Source: a virus. From it: a stretch of DNA of 64,000 bases. Made by a program: the position numbers and the translations under genes. Of the stretch, positions 1 to 9,383 are shown in pieces. Below the pieces are notes generated by a model that searched no databases, was not told where the DNA came from, and saw only the letters and a list, made by a program, of their open reading frames with translations. The stretch covers positions 32,642 through 96,641 of the IMG/VR virus record IMGVR_UViG_3300025070_000019; one strand, written 5' to 3'. Every line of letters begins with the position of its first letter. The stretch's first letter is position 1.

Positions 1-495
1 CCTAGACTACTATCAAAAGCTTTACGAGCTATTAGTAAAATTAGTGTAGATAATCAATGTATGTATTTATTTATTAATCAAGTACGTATAAACATTGGTG
101 TCATGTATGGAAATCCAGAGACAACTTCTGGTGGTAATGCTATACCGTTTTATTCTTCTGTAAGATTACGTGTCAGTAGTAAACCAAGTTCAGACCAACC
201 TAACAGCATTAACATGAAAGTTAAAATTGTTAAAAATAAAGTAGCTCCTGCTCTTAATAAAGTAGCTGAGTTTACATTTTTATGTGGTCAAGGTACTGAT
301 AAATACCTTGACCTTATCGGTTGTGCTAAAGACATGGGGTTACTTCGTTTTGCTGGTTCTACTGTTAAATGTTTTAATGGAGATACAGGAGAAGAAGAAA
401 GTATTTGCACAGGTGGCAAACTTGGTGCTAAACAATACTTTATGGAAAATCAAGATGCATATGAAAGTCTTAAACAACTTTGTTTAACAAATTAG
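1..495 (+). CDS. recA: RecA/UvsX recombinase, C-terminal part (runs off the left edge)
   Basis: Frame is open from base 1: PRLLSKALR..MYLFINQVR..GVMYGNPETTSGGNAIPFYSSVRL..KIVKNKVAP, all RecA signature motifs. Confidence 0.95.
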   Translation, partial: PRLLSKALRAISKISVDNQCMYLFINQVRINIGVMYGNPETTSGGNAIPFYSSVRLRVSSKPSSDQPNSINMKVKIVKNKVAPALNKVAEFTFLCGQGTDKYLDLIGCAKDMGLLRFAGSTVKCFNGDTGEEESICTGGKLGAKQYFMENQDAYESLKQLCLTN

Positions 496-502
496 GAGTA
501 AT

Positions 503-769
503 ATGAAAGCTTTAATAGTTGATACACCATATACAGAATCATTTAAAGGCAAATTCGATAAAATACAAGATAAAGTTTATGATATTTTGCATTTGCTACC
601 ATATAATCAAGATGATGTAGAATTTTTATCTTATTTGGCTGATAACTTCTTAGAAGGTTTAGAAGATTATTATAAAGAGAATGTTTTTAAGTGTAAATGT
701 TGTGAAAGGTTAGCTGTTAAAGGTAACATATGTTCTGACAACTATGAAAAGGATTGTAAAAGACAATGA
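503..769 (+). CDS. Hypothetical protein with a Cys-rich C-terminus
   Basis: 88 aa ORF; AGGAG RBS upstream; CKCC..C..C. Confidence 0.7.
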   Translation: MKALIVDTPYTESFKGKFDKIQDKVYDILHLLPYNQDDVEFLSYLADNFLEGLEDYYKENVFKCKCCERLAVKGNICSDNYEKDCKRQ

Positions 770-2034
770 GTGGAGAGTATGTACACTTACATGTACATAC
801 CGAGTATAGTTTATTAGATGGTATAAATAAGGTTAATAGATTACCACATATTATAAAAGAGATGAATCAACCTGCATTAGCTATGACAGATCATGGCAAT
901 GTATCTGGTTCATTTAAGTTTTATAAAGAGTGTAATAAAGCAGGCGTTAAACCTATTATAGGTATGGAAGCTTATTATACTGTAAATGATAGAACTGCTA
1001 GAGAAAAAGATGAATTAGAAAAATCCTATTATCATCTTATTTTGCTGGCTCAAAATAATATTGGTCTAAAAAATCTTATAAAACTATCTTCTTACGCTTA
1101 TACAGAAGGTATGTACAGGAAACCACGTATTGATGATGCATTAATTGCTCAATACTCTGATGGTATAATTGCAACGACTACTTGTTTAGGTGGTCGTGCA
1201 TCTCAATTAATTATTAATGGCCGAGAAAAAGAAGCTGAAAATTTAATACATCATCATAAAGCAATGTTTAAAAATAGATTTTTAGTTGAATTACAATTAC
1301 ATAAAGACAAAGATCAACAACTAGTTAATAATGTATTACAAAGAATTGCATTAGATAATGACTTACCTATGGTTCTTACAAATGACTGCCACTACACGCA
1401 TGAGCATGATAAGTGTCATCATGAGGCAGCTTTATGTTTGCAAACAAAAACAACTCTTAGTAATGAGAAACGTTTTACTTTTGGTGAAATAGATGTACAT
1501 GTAGCACATCATGACTGGATGTGGAAACATGCAGAAGCTCAAGGAATGCCTTATGATGTTATTAGTAATAGTGTTGCTGTTGCTGATTTAATTGATAGCG
1601 ATTCATATTTTATGGATAGAATGAATCGTTATCCTAAGTATCAAGAGCTACCTGAAGATATGACTTCTATTGATTATCTGAATGTAGAAGCTCAACATGG
1701 ATTGTATAGGAGGTTTAAAGAGTTGCCTCCAGAAGATTATAGAAAACGTTTAGCCTATGAGCTGAAAGTAATTAAAAGAATGGGTTTTGCTGATTATCTT
1801 TTGATTGTTGCACAATTTATGAATGGCGCAAAAGAAAGAGGTGTTTTGCATGGCCCCGGTCGTGGCTCTGCTGCAGGTTCTCTTATTGCTTGGGCACTTG
1901 GTATTACTGAAGTGGATCCAATTAAATATGGATTAGTTTTCGAACGTTTTTTAAATGAAGGTCGTGGTGCTACACCACTTATATTCAATAAACAAATGGC
2001 TTTAATAGCTGATCAAAATGGTTTACCATTTTAA
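766..2034 (+). CDS. dnaE: DNA polymerase III alpha, piece 1 (PHP domain plus start of palm)
   Basis: HLHVHTEYSLLDG, TDHGN, GMEAY, TNDCHY, GPGRGSAAGSL, FERFLN; ends before the catalytic DxD. Confidence 0.95.
   Translation: MSGEYVHLHVHTEYSLLDGINKVNRLPHIIKEMNQPALAMTDHGNVSGSFKFYKECNKAGVKPIIGMEAYYTVNDRTAREKDELEKSYYHLILLAQNNIGLKNLIKLSSYAYTEGMYRKPRIDDALIAQYSDGIIATTTCLGGRASQLIINGREKEAENLIHHHKAMFKNRFLVELQLHKDKDQQLVNNVLQRIALDNDLPMVLTNDCHYTHEHDKCHHEAALCLQTKTTLSNEKRFTFGEIDVHVAHHDWMWKHAEAQGMPYDVISNSVAVADLIDSDSYFMDRMNRYPKYQELPEDMTSIDYLNVEAQHGLYRRFKELPPEDYRKRLAYELKVIKRMGFADYLLIVAQFMNGAKERGVLHGPGRGSAAGSLIAWALGITEVDPIKYGLVFERFLNEGRGATPLIFNKQMALIADQNGLPF
1964..1976 (+). repeat. Direct repeat copy 1, GTGGTGCTACACC
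   Basis: 12/13 identical to 3108-3120, same codon phase (GGT GCT = G-A). Confidence 0.75.
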
Positions 2035-2047
2035 GAAAGAAAAAATA

Positions 2048-2476
2048 ATGCAAATTAAAACTCCTTTTATTGTATACTACGAAGATTACAAAAAAGATAA
2101 CAATATTTTAAATGAAAATATTTATAAAAATTTGAATAAAAGTAATTTAAATTCTTATAAAAGAATTATAAATAGAATCAACAGAAACCTTCACGAAGGT
2201 AACGAGCATGTAGCTCATTATACCAAAAAAGCTATCATTTCATTTGAAAAGAGCGAAATATGTTTTACTAATTTAAGATCTTTTTTAACTTTAAAAGATC
2301 AATTTGTAAATGAACAGTCATTCAATTTAGCAAAGATTAAAACTGCTAGTGAATTTGAAGATTGGGTTAGAAATCAAAATGAAGACAAACCTTTAGAATT
2401 ACTTAATTTAAAAATTCAAGAAATTCAACATAATTTAAATGGTTTAAAAGAGTTATTAAAAAGTTTTGATTTATGA
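2048..2476 (+). CDS. Hypothetical protein between dnaE pieces 1 and 2
   Basis: ORF (ATG 2048 preferred); no recognisable nuclease motif. Confidence 0.65.
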   Translation: MQIKTPFIVYYEDYKKDNNILNENIYKNLNKSNLNSYKRIINRINRNLHEGNEHVAHYTKKAIISFEKSEICFTNLRSFLTLKDQFVNEQSFNLAKIKTASEFEDWVRNQNEDKPLELLNLKIQEIQHNLNGLKELLKSFDL

Positions 2477-2718
2477 AAATTAAAGAAGTACCTATTTTAT
2501 GGAGGATGAATCGTAAAGCTAAAACTGCTACAAACAGTTTTAGTACAGATGGAAGTAACATTTATAGTTATCGTCTTAAAATTGGTTATACAAATGAATA
2601 TGGTCAAAAAGTTTTACTTAGATATACAAAAGAATATAACAATTTCAAAAGTCACACTACTAGTAGACACGTCAATCTAGCAGCTTATCATGCTGACATA
2701 TTTGAAATACCTAGCTAA
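2473..2718 (+). CDS. Small basic hypothetical phage protein
   Basis: 81 aa, ATGA overlap with the previous ORF; IYSY..TTSRHVN pattern. Confidence 0.7.
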   Translation: MKIKEVPILWRMNRKAKTATNSFSTDGSNIYSYRLKIGYTNEYGQKVLLRYTKEYNNFKSHTTSRHVNLAAYHADIFEIPS

Positions 2719-2781
2719 CATCCACCTTTACATCTACGTACGGGTTGTAACATCCAACGTTTAAACATAGAAAGACCCTTT

Positions 2782-2865
2782 ATGCAAAAAATTTGTATTG
2801 AACTTTTTTTAATTCCAGCAATAATTGCTTTTTTTAAAAAAATGAAAAAGAAAAAAAATGTATGA
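2782..2865 (+). CDS. Possible 27 aa hydrophobic/basic peptide (MQKICIELFLIPAIIAFFKKMKKKKNV)
   Basis: Read from sequence (below the ORF-track cutoff); overlaps the dnaE piece 2 start. Confidence 0.35.
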   Translation: MQKICIELFLIPAIIAFFKKMKKKKNV

Positions 2866-4450
2866 CAGTAGAAAAAATAATTTAAAACTCTTAGATGAGA
2901 ATATAATAGATGAAAGATACGATCAAGTCGATCCCGATTATTTAGCTTTTGAAGTTAAAATGGTATCAGATGAAGATTTAGAAAGAATTTTCTGGTTGTT
3001 AACTGAAAAAGTTAAATTTGAATCGAATCCATACAATTCTATCTTGCTTTATATTACAGGGATTACAGATGACTTTAATTTTGATAAAGCTAGATCTGAA
3101 ATGGTTGGTGGTGCTCCACCTGACATTGACATTGACCATGATGCTTTAGACAGAGAAGAAGCGATTCAATGGTGTGTTGATTACTGGGGTAGAGAAAATG
3201 TAGCTAATATTATTACTCATGGTACTTTTAAACCTAAAAGTTTAGCGCGGTCTTTTTATCGTATTACTGAAGGCAATAATGAAGACCTTAACGAGTTACT
3301 TAAAAAGATACCTATGCCTGTATATGGTAAAGAAGCTACATTAGATGAAATACTTGAAGTTGCACCTGAAATAAAAGAAGAAATACGATATGCAAACTTT
3401 TTGGAGTTTGCAGATCGTATTGAAGGTATGGTTTCTACATTTGGTATTCATGCTGCTGGTATTATTATATCTGACACTGAAGTTAATGATACTGTTCCTG
3501 TATGGAAAAATAGCAAGGCAGATCGTATTACTCAATATGATAAAGATGAATGTGAAGAACTTGGTTTGATTAAGTTTGACTTCTTAGGTATAGACACATT
3601 GTCTATTATTAAAGAATGCCGTCATTTAATTAAACATCATACTTTATTAGATATAGAACCATATGCAATTGAAGATGGAGATGAAAGAACTTATCAGACA
3701 CTTTGTAGTGGCTTGCTTACTGGCGTCTTTCAAATGGAAACATCTGGTACTGCTAAAAAACTAATACTTAGTATTCGTCCTAAATCAATAGAAGATTTAT
3801 CTGCTATATCAGCTTTGAATCGTCCAGGTCCGTTACAAGCAGGACTAGATAAACAATATATAGAGAACAAATATAAGGGCTCTCCTCCAAAAGATTTACC
3901 TAGTAATGTTGCTGAAGTATTACAAGCTAGTTACTGGACTTTAGTTTATCAAGAACAAGTAATGGATATATGTTCTAAAATTGCAGGATTCACTCCTAAA
4001 CAAGCTGATGATATTCGTCGTGCTATGGGTAAAAAGAAACATGAAGTATTAGAAAAATATAAAGAACAATTCATTGAAGGTTGTCAATCAATTGGTGGTC
4101 TTGCCAAAGATTATTCAAGTAATCTTTGGGATGATCTTGTCGGTTTTGCAGACTATTGTTTATTAGGTAATACTAAGATTCAAACTGTAGATGGTACTTT
4201 CACAATAAAAGACATAGTTGATAACTTTATTTCAGCAGAAGTATTTAGTTATAGTTTTAAAGATAAAAATTTTATTAAACAAAAAGTATCTCAATGGTAT
4301 AATCGTGGTGTCAAGCCAGTATATCGTTACACGTTAGAAGATGGTACTTATGTCGATTGTACAGAAGATCATAAGTTTTTAACAATAAATGATGATATGC
4401 TTGAAATTGATGCTATATTTGATAAAAATATAAAATTAAAGACTAAATAA
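2858..4450 (+). CDS. dnaE: DNA polymerase III alpha, piece 2 (catalytic palm/thumb/fingers) fused to split intein N-half
   Basis: PDIDID, GIHAAG, KFDFLG, GVFQME, ALNRPGP, VYQEQVM, RRAMGKK, then FADY|CL intein start. Confidence 0.95.
   Translation: MYDSRKNNLKLLDENIIDERYDQVDPDYLAFEVKMVSDEDLERIFWLLTEKVKFESNPYNSILLYITGITDDFNFDKARSEMVGGAPPDIDIDHDALDREEAIQWCVDYWGRENVANIITHGTFKPKSLARSFYRITEGNNEDLNELLKKIPMPVYGKEATLDEILEVAPEIKEEIRYANFLEFADRIEGMVSTFGIHAAGIIISDTEVNDTVPVWKNSKADRITQYDKDECEELGLIKFDFLGIDTLSIIKECRHLIKHHTLLDIEPYAIEDGDERTYQTLCSGLLTGVFQMETSGTAKKLILSIRPKSIEDLSAISALNRPGPLQAGLDKQYIENKYKGSPPKDLPSNVAEVLQASYWTLVYQEQVMDICSKIAGFTPKQADDIRRAMGKKKHEVLEKYKEQFIEGCQSIGGLAKDYSSNLWDDLVGFADYCLLGNTKIQTVDGTFTIKDIVDNFISAEVFSYSFKDKNFIKQKVSQWYNRGVKPVYRYTLEDGTYVDCTEDHKFLTINDDMLEIDAIFDKNIKLKTK
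3108..3120 (+). repeat. Direct repeat copy 2, GTGGTGCTCCACC
   Basis: 12/13 identical to 1964-1976; immediately before the PDIDID codons. Confidence 0.75.
4157..4447 (+). mobile_element. Split intein N-fragment (IntN, 97 aa), Npu/Ssp DnaE-like
   Basis: Cys1 after FADY; CLLGNTKIQTVDG..VSQWYNRGVKPVYRYTLEDG..CTEDHKFLT (block B TxxH)..MLEIDAIF, then stop. Confidence 0.95.
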
Positions 4451-4461
4451 AAAGGTATCTT

Positions 4462-4833
4462 ATGGCTACTCATGCAGAATCTAAAAATCAAGGTACTATA
4501 ATTGTAGATAGTACACTTAATATAGAAAATATCAACAATAGTGATCAAGGTTTATCAGTAGGACAAGTAATGACTATTCTACCTAAATCTCATGACCTTT
4601 CATCTCAGTGTGATGGTAGCTTAAAAGATTTTGTTTTAAGTCCAGCAGTAGTTCAAAATACTTTAAACTTTTTTAGTTTATATTTAGACGGTGTATTGCT
4701 TACAAGATCAGCAGATTTAACAATTTCAGACTATGTAGTATCTTCTCATAGTCAAATTAATTTACATCAATCAATACCTGCACCTCCTGCAGGTTCTAGT
4801 TTAATTGCTATTTATATAGGAGTAGTAGGATAA
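4462..4833 (+). CDS. Small virion structural protein (HDLSSQ..F.L..DG..DY domain)
   Basis: Paralogous to 12199-12504; domain type typical of phage virion/fibre proteins. Confidence 0.6.
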   Translation: MATHAESKNQGTIIVDSTLNIENINNSDQGLSVGQVMTILPKSHDLSSQCDGSLKDFVLSPAVVQNTLNFFSLYLDGVLLTRSADLTISDYVVSSHSQINLHQSIPAPPAGSSLIAIYIGVVG

Positions 4834-7800
4834 TGGCTATTGATAGAAAATCAAGATTAAAACCAGGATCAATACATCCTACATTAGTAGATGAAACTAG
4901 TGGTTTACAAGTAAATCCTGATACAGGAATTTTAAATGCTACAAGTCTAAAAAATGAAATCAATACCTTTGATCAAAGATTTAACAACTTGCCTTGGAAA
5001 CAAGTTATTAATGTTCAAGAAGTATTTGACGATGTAGATATCACAGATGAAGCTACTCAAGTTTTAGAATTAAATCACATCCTTGTACCTGGCAATACAT
5101 ATTACAGTCGTACAGATAAAGCTTTTTATATATACATAAAAGATGTAACTAATATAGATTCTGCATGGCAACCTACAAACTGGATTGCAGCTAATAGAAT
5201 AGAAGGTTTTTTAAAAATACCTTTAACTTTAGATTATGCTGATAAAGAATATGTAAATACTCAAGTTTCACAGCTTGTAGGTGTAGATCAGCAAACTTTA
5301 CAAAGCATACAAGACTTATTAGATTACATTGCTAACAATCCAACAGCAAATATTATTGGCAGAATAACAGCTTTAGAAACTAACAAAGCCAATCGAAGTG
5401 AAATTTACACTCAAGATATTATTGATAATAAGCTTCAAACTATTAATACAAATATTGATTTACTATCTGATTCTATAATGACCCCTGCAAATTATTCTTG
5501 CGGCAATGACCCTCTAGACTCTGATAATAATATAAATGATTTATATAATAATACTAAAGTAAGAATAGTAGACGACTTTACCTTGAATTATTTAATTAAA
5601 CAAGGCGTAGAAATTTCAGAAACCCCACTAATAATAGATCAAGCACCAGTTCTTTTTACAGGTTTGCAACCTCAAAAGAACTACATGTTTAGCAGGCTTA
5701 ATAAAGTTGAAATAAATCGCAATTTATCTTTACAACAAGGCAATTCAGATCAAATAACATTCAATAATATTTGGTTTGCTTATGGATTTGAAGTTAAATC
5801 TACTTCTGCTTATGTAAAATTAACTTTTAATAATTGTTTGTTTGAAAATACATCCCTTGCAGGAGGGAGTGTATTTTCTTCTTTAGTTGAAGATGCAAAT
5901 GTAAATCGTATTGATTTAGAATTTTACAATTGTACATTTAACTTAACTAACAATTTATTAATAAAACGAGCAAATGTATCATTTGATAATTGTTTCTTTT
6001 TAGATTCTGCTAATAAGGATCAAATAAACTTATATAATAATTGCGACGCAAAAGTTATTAATTCTCATTCAGAATCTTGTATCAACATATACGACAATTC
6101 TTTACTTGAGTTACAAGGATGTAGTTTTAAGAAAACTACAGGATCTGAGTCTTACCTTGATATAAGAAATTTAGATGTCAACTTAAGTCCTTCATTAGTT
6201 AAATTAAAAGATATTACCTTTGACACTTATGAAACATTTACTAGTGATTATATATCTGGTACAGGTGAGTTATATTTAGATTATAATATAATAGAGCAAA
6301 ATTTAAGATCTGCTTTAGTAGATGGAACTAAGATTATAGTACCAAGAATATCCTCTATGTTAAATGCAGGCTCTGGTATTGAGTTAAATAAGTTTTTTCA
6401 ACCTTATGGTAGTGAAAACTTTTTCTATAATGATGAGTTCGCAAGAGATGCTATTGGAGCTATGATTACCTCAAGTACTCATAGCTCAGGTATTGTTTGG
6501 ACTTACAATGATAACAATAATAAACTTAGTCTTTCATTAGAAACATTATCATCTATAGATTTAGCAGATACCAATAACATTGCTTATAAAGATGAAGAAA
6601 ATGTATTTTCAGGAACTTTAAATGCTTTTCAAAACATAAGTACAAATATAATAACAAATTCTGCTACTTTATCTACAGGCAGTGTAAAATCAACAACAGG
6701 TAATATAGACACATTAGAAAGCGCAAACCTTACTACTACTACACAGTTGTCTACTGACAACTCTACAAAAGCAGCTACAACTGCTTTTGTACAAGAACGT
6801 TTTAGTAACTTAGTTGCACAATTCAATAGCACTGAACTTACTGAACTTTCAGATGTAACAATCACAAGTGCAACTTTATCTAGCAGTCAAGTTTTAAAAT
6901 ATGATTCTAATACTACTCAATGGATTAATGCTCAATTAGATTTTGATGACTTACTTGATACAGATAAAGTTGTTACAGAAAATGATTCTGTATTTAAATT
7001 AGGACAAATAGATCCTCCTACAGATCAAAGAGATAATGGTGCTATACCAGAAACAACTAGATATTTATCTACTAATCAAGTTTTAGCTTGGAATGGTATT
7101 GACAGAATTGATGAAGGTACAGGAGATGAAGATCCTAATGCTAAATATATACCTGTACTTATAAATGAAATAATTTTATATGCACAAGAAGCTAACAGTC
7201 AGCAAGGTGAAACAGTAGCAGGAGCTGGTATAATTACTATTGCTTCTACAGAAGGAGTAAGAGATGGCACAGATCTTAATAAAGCTGTTATACCTCCTTA
7301 CCTATATAAACATTATTTAAGAAGAGATGCATCTAATATTGATCCATCTGAAACTCAAAGTGCAAGAGATAACCTTGATATAGACTCTGAATTTGTAAAG
7401 ATTGATTTAAGCAATGCCACAACTGCTGCTAATTATAGAAGTCATATAGGCTTACCTGCTCTTGAAGCAGGTAAATATCTAGTTGGAACTGCTAGTAATT
7501 GGACAAATACAGATAGAACATTAGGTTATTTACAACCAGAAGGTTTAGATTTTACTTCCTCACCTAGTAGTAAATGGGATCTTTCACCTTCTTATTTTTA
7601 TAATGTTAAAACACCTGCTAATGAAACTAAATATGTTGTATTACCTGATATAAATTCTATGAATCCTCAAGGTGGTACAATCAGAATTAAAAAAGAAAAT
7701 GGTTCTACACATGCAACTGCTGGAACAGTTTCTATACGTGCTAATGACTCAGATGATGTTATTATAACTGCTGATAATGAAGTCATTACTTCTTCAGGAA

Positions 7801-8858
7801 GTAATGAAGCACAAATAGACATACTTGTTGCAGGTCATACTGTTGATTTATATGTAGGTTATAGCATTGCTTTGAATAAAAGAGTTTGGTATGCATTCGG
7901 TTATTACTATAATAGTGCAGATCAAACACAACCTGTACCAGTTATTGATTTAACTCAAGAAGCTACAGAAGATGCTATTATATCATTATTCAATCATAAT
8001 GATCATTCACCAGCACTATCTGTTAATTATGATGACCCGAATCATCAAGTAGAACTTAATTTAGCTTTTGCTTCTCAAGCTGAAGTTACAGCAGGCACTA
8101 TAGATAATTTACCTATTGCTCCTAATACCTTAAAATCAATCACAAATGATATAGATACTTCTATTACAGATTTAGAAACTTTAGCTAGCAATACATATTT
8201 AGCTAAAGATAGTAATTTAGATGATTTACAAGATGTACCTACAGCAAGAACTAATTTAGGTTTAGGTACTGCAGCTACATATAATGTTGGTATAAATTCT
8301 GGTGAGTTATTATTAAATGGAACATTACTACCTAATAAATTTACTTATTTTAACGGTACTAATTTAGTTACAAATGATTTACCTATAGCTACTTCAACAA
8401 TAAATGGTTTAATTCAAACAACAACTATCACAGATGTAATTACTACAAATGCTTTATCTGATACTAAAGCATTGACCCCTTATGATTTAAATGAAGCCAT
8501 AACTACTAATGTAGGTACTTCTACTATACGTGATAACATTTTAAGTTTAACCAATACTTTAAAATATGAATATACCAACAATGCTACTGTAAATGCTACA
8601 GTTACTAAGCATTATTCATTAAGAGCAGACCCTAATAGTATCGTTGTAAATTTACCAGATATTACAACTGTTGCTACTGGTGCAAGAATTAGTATTAAAT
8701 TAAAAAGATTAGTTAATAACAATACTGTTACAATAAACCCATATAGTAATCAAACAATAGATGACGACACATCTAGCTTTGTACTAGATGTTGTCGGTCA
8801 AGCAATTACTTTAGTAGCAGGTAATGATAATAATGAAACTGATTGGGAGATTGTATAA
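4833..8858 (+). CDS. Large tail/head fibre protein with a beta-helix-like region
   Basis: FNNCLF/FYNCTF/FDNCFF repeats, KAATTAFVQ, LTELSDV..QVLKYD, NLDDLQDVPTARTNLGLG, AT..G....AVTP-type repeats. Confidence 0.8.
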   Translation: MAIDRKSRLKPGSIHPTLVDETSGLQVNPDTGILNATSLKNEINTFDQRFNNLPWKQVINVQEVFDDVDITDEATQVLELNHILVPGNTYYSRTDKAFYIYIKDVTNIDSAWQPTNWIAANRIEGFLKIPLTLDYADKEYVNTQVSQLVGVDQQTLQSIQDLLDYIANNPTANIIGRITALETNKANRSEIYTQDIIDNKLQTINTNIDLLSDSIMTPANYSCGNDPLDSDNNINDLYNNTKVRIVDDFTLNYLIKQGVEISETPLIIDQAPVLFTGLQPQKNYMFSRLNKVEINRNLSLQQGNSDQITFNNIWFAYGFEVKSTSAYVKLTFNNCLFENTSLAGGSVFSSLVEDANVNRIDLEFYNCTFNLTNNLLIKRANVSFDNCFFLDSANKDQINLYNNCDAKVINSHSESCINIYDNSLLELQGCSFKKTTGSESYLDIRNLDVNLSPSLVKLKDITFDTYETFTSDYISGTGELYLDYNIIEQNLRSALVDGTKIIVPRISSMLNAGSGIELNKFFQPYGSENFFYNDEFARDAIGAMITSSTHSSGIVWTYNDNNNKLSLSLETLSSIDLADTNNIAYKDEENVFSGTLNAFQNISTNIITNSATLSTGSVKSTTGNIDTLESANLTTTTQLSTDNSTKAATTAFVQERFSNLVAQFNSTELTELSDVTITSATLSSSQVLKYDSNTTQWINAQLDFDDLLDTDKVVTENDSVFKLGQIDPPTDQRDNGAIPETTRYLSTNQVLAWNGIDRIDEGTGDEDPNAKYIPVLINEIILYAQEANSQQGETVAGAGIITIASTEGVRDGTDLNKAVIPPYLYKHYLRRDASNIDPSETQSARDNLDIDSEFVKIDLSNATTAANYRSHIGLPALEAGKYLVGTASNWTNTDRTLGYLQPEGLDFTSSPSSKWDLSPSYFYNVKTPANETKYVVLPDINSMNPQGGTIRIKKENGSTHATAGTVSIRANDSDDVIITADNEVITSSGSNEAQIDILVAGHTVDLYVGYSIALNKRVWYAFGYYYNSADQTQPVPVIDLTQEATEDAIISLFNHNDHSPALSVNYDDPNHQVELNLAFASQAEVTAGTIDNLPIAPNTLKSITNDIDTSITDLETLASNTYLAKDSNLDDLQDVPTARTNLGLGTAATYNVGINSGELLLNGTLLPNKFTYFNGTNLVTNDLPIATSTINGLIQTTTITDVITTNALSDTKALTPYDLNEAITTNVGTSTIRDNILSLTNTLKYEYTNNATVNATVTKHYSLRADPNSIVVNLPDITTVATGARISIKLKRLVNNNTVTINPYSNQTIDDDTSSFVLDVVGQAITLVAGNDNNETDWEIV

Positions 8859-9367
8859 TGAGTCATAATTTAACAAAAGTTTTAAATCAACCTGGTTTAA
8901 AAGAAATTGATAATTCGAATCAATTTATAAATGTAACATTAGATACAGATAATGTAGATGAAGGTGTTACCAATCTTTATTATACAGATGCTCGTGGATT
9001 AGCTACTATGCGAGCTAATCCTATTATACAAGATCGGCATTTTTATACTGTTGATGAACTTGCAGTTAAACAAGGCGATTTATATTGGCGAATCATATCG
9101 CCAATAAAACTTTTGCAAGCTAAAGCTTATGTTGGTACACCATCAGTAGGTGCAGATATTTCTTTACATGTAATAAAGAATGATTCTACAGCACCTGAAG
9201 ATTTACTATATGATTTAGACATTACATCTACAACCAATGAAGTTTATATTGATGATGAATATACTTTAGCTGTAGGTGATTATTTACGTGTCGATGTAGT
9301 ACAAATTGGTACTACTACAAAAGGTTCAGACCTTATTGTATCTTTTAAATATCATTCAATACTTTAA
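8858..9367 (+). CDS. Fibre-associated virion protein (MSHN start)
   Basis: TAATG coupling; TDNVDEGVTNLYYTDAR fibre motif; C-terminal VGDYLRVDVVQIG. Confidence 0.7.
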   Translation: MSHNLTKVLNQPGLKEIDNSNQFINVTLDTDNVDEGVTNLYYTDARGLATMRANPIIQDRHFYTVDELAVKQGDLYWRIISPIKLLQAKAYVGTPSVGADISLHVIKNDSTAPEDLLYDLDITSTTNEVYIDDEYTLAVGDYLRVDVVQIGTTTKGSDLIVSFKYHSIL

Positions 9368-9383
9368 TTAAGGATTATATATT

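Noticed and set aside
1972-3115. Group I/II intron explaining the first dnaE break
   Set aside because: No recognisable P4/P7 or domain V core. The interval is almost entirely AT-rich ORFs, and the U|...G| splice rule does not fit within the repeat. Not called without Infernal.
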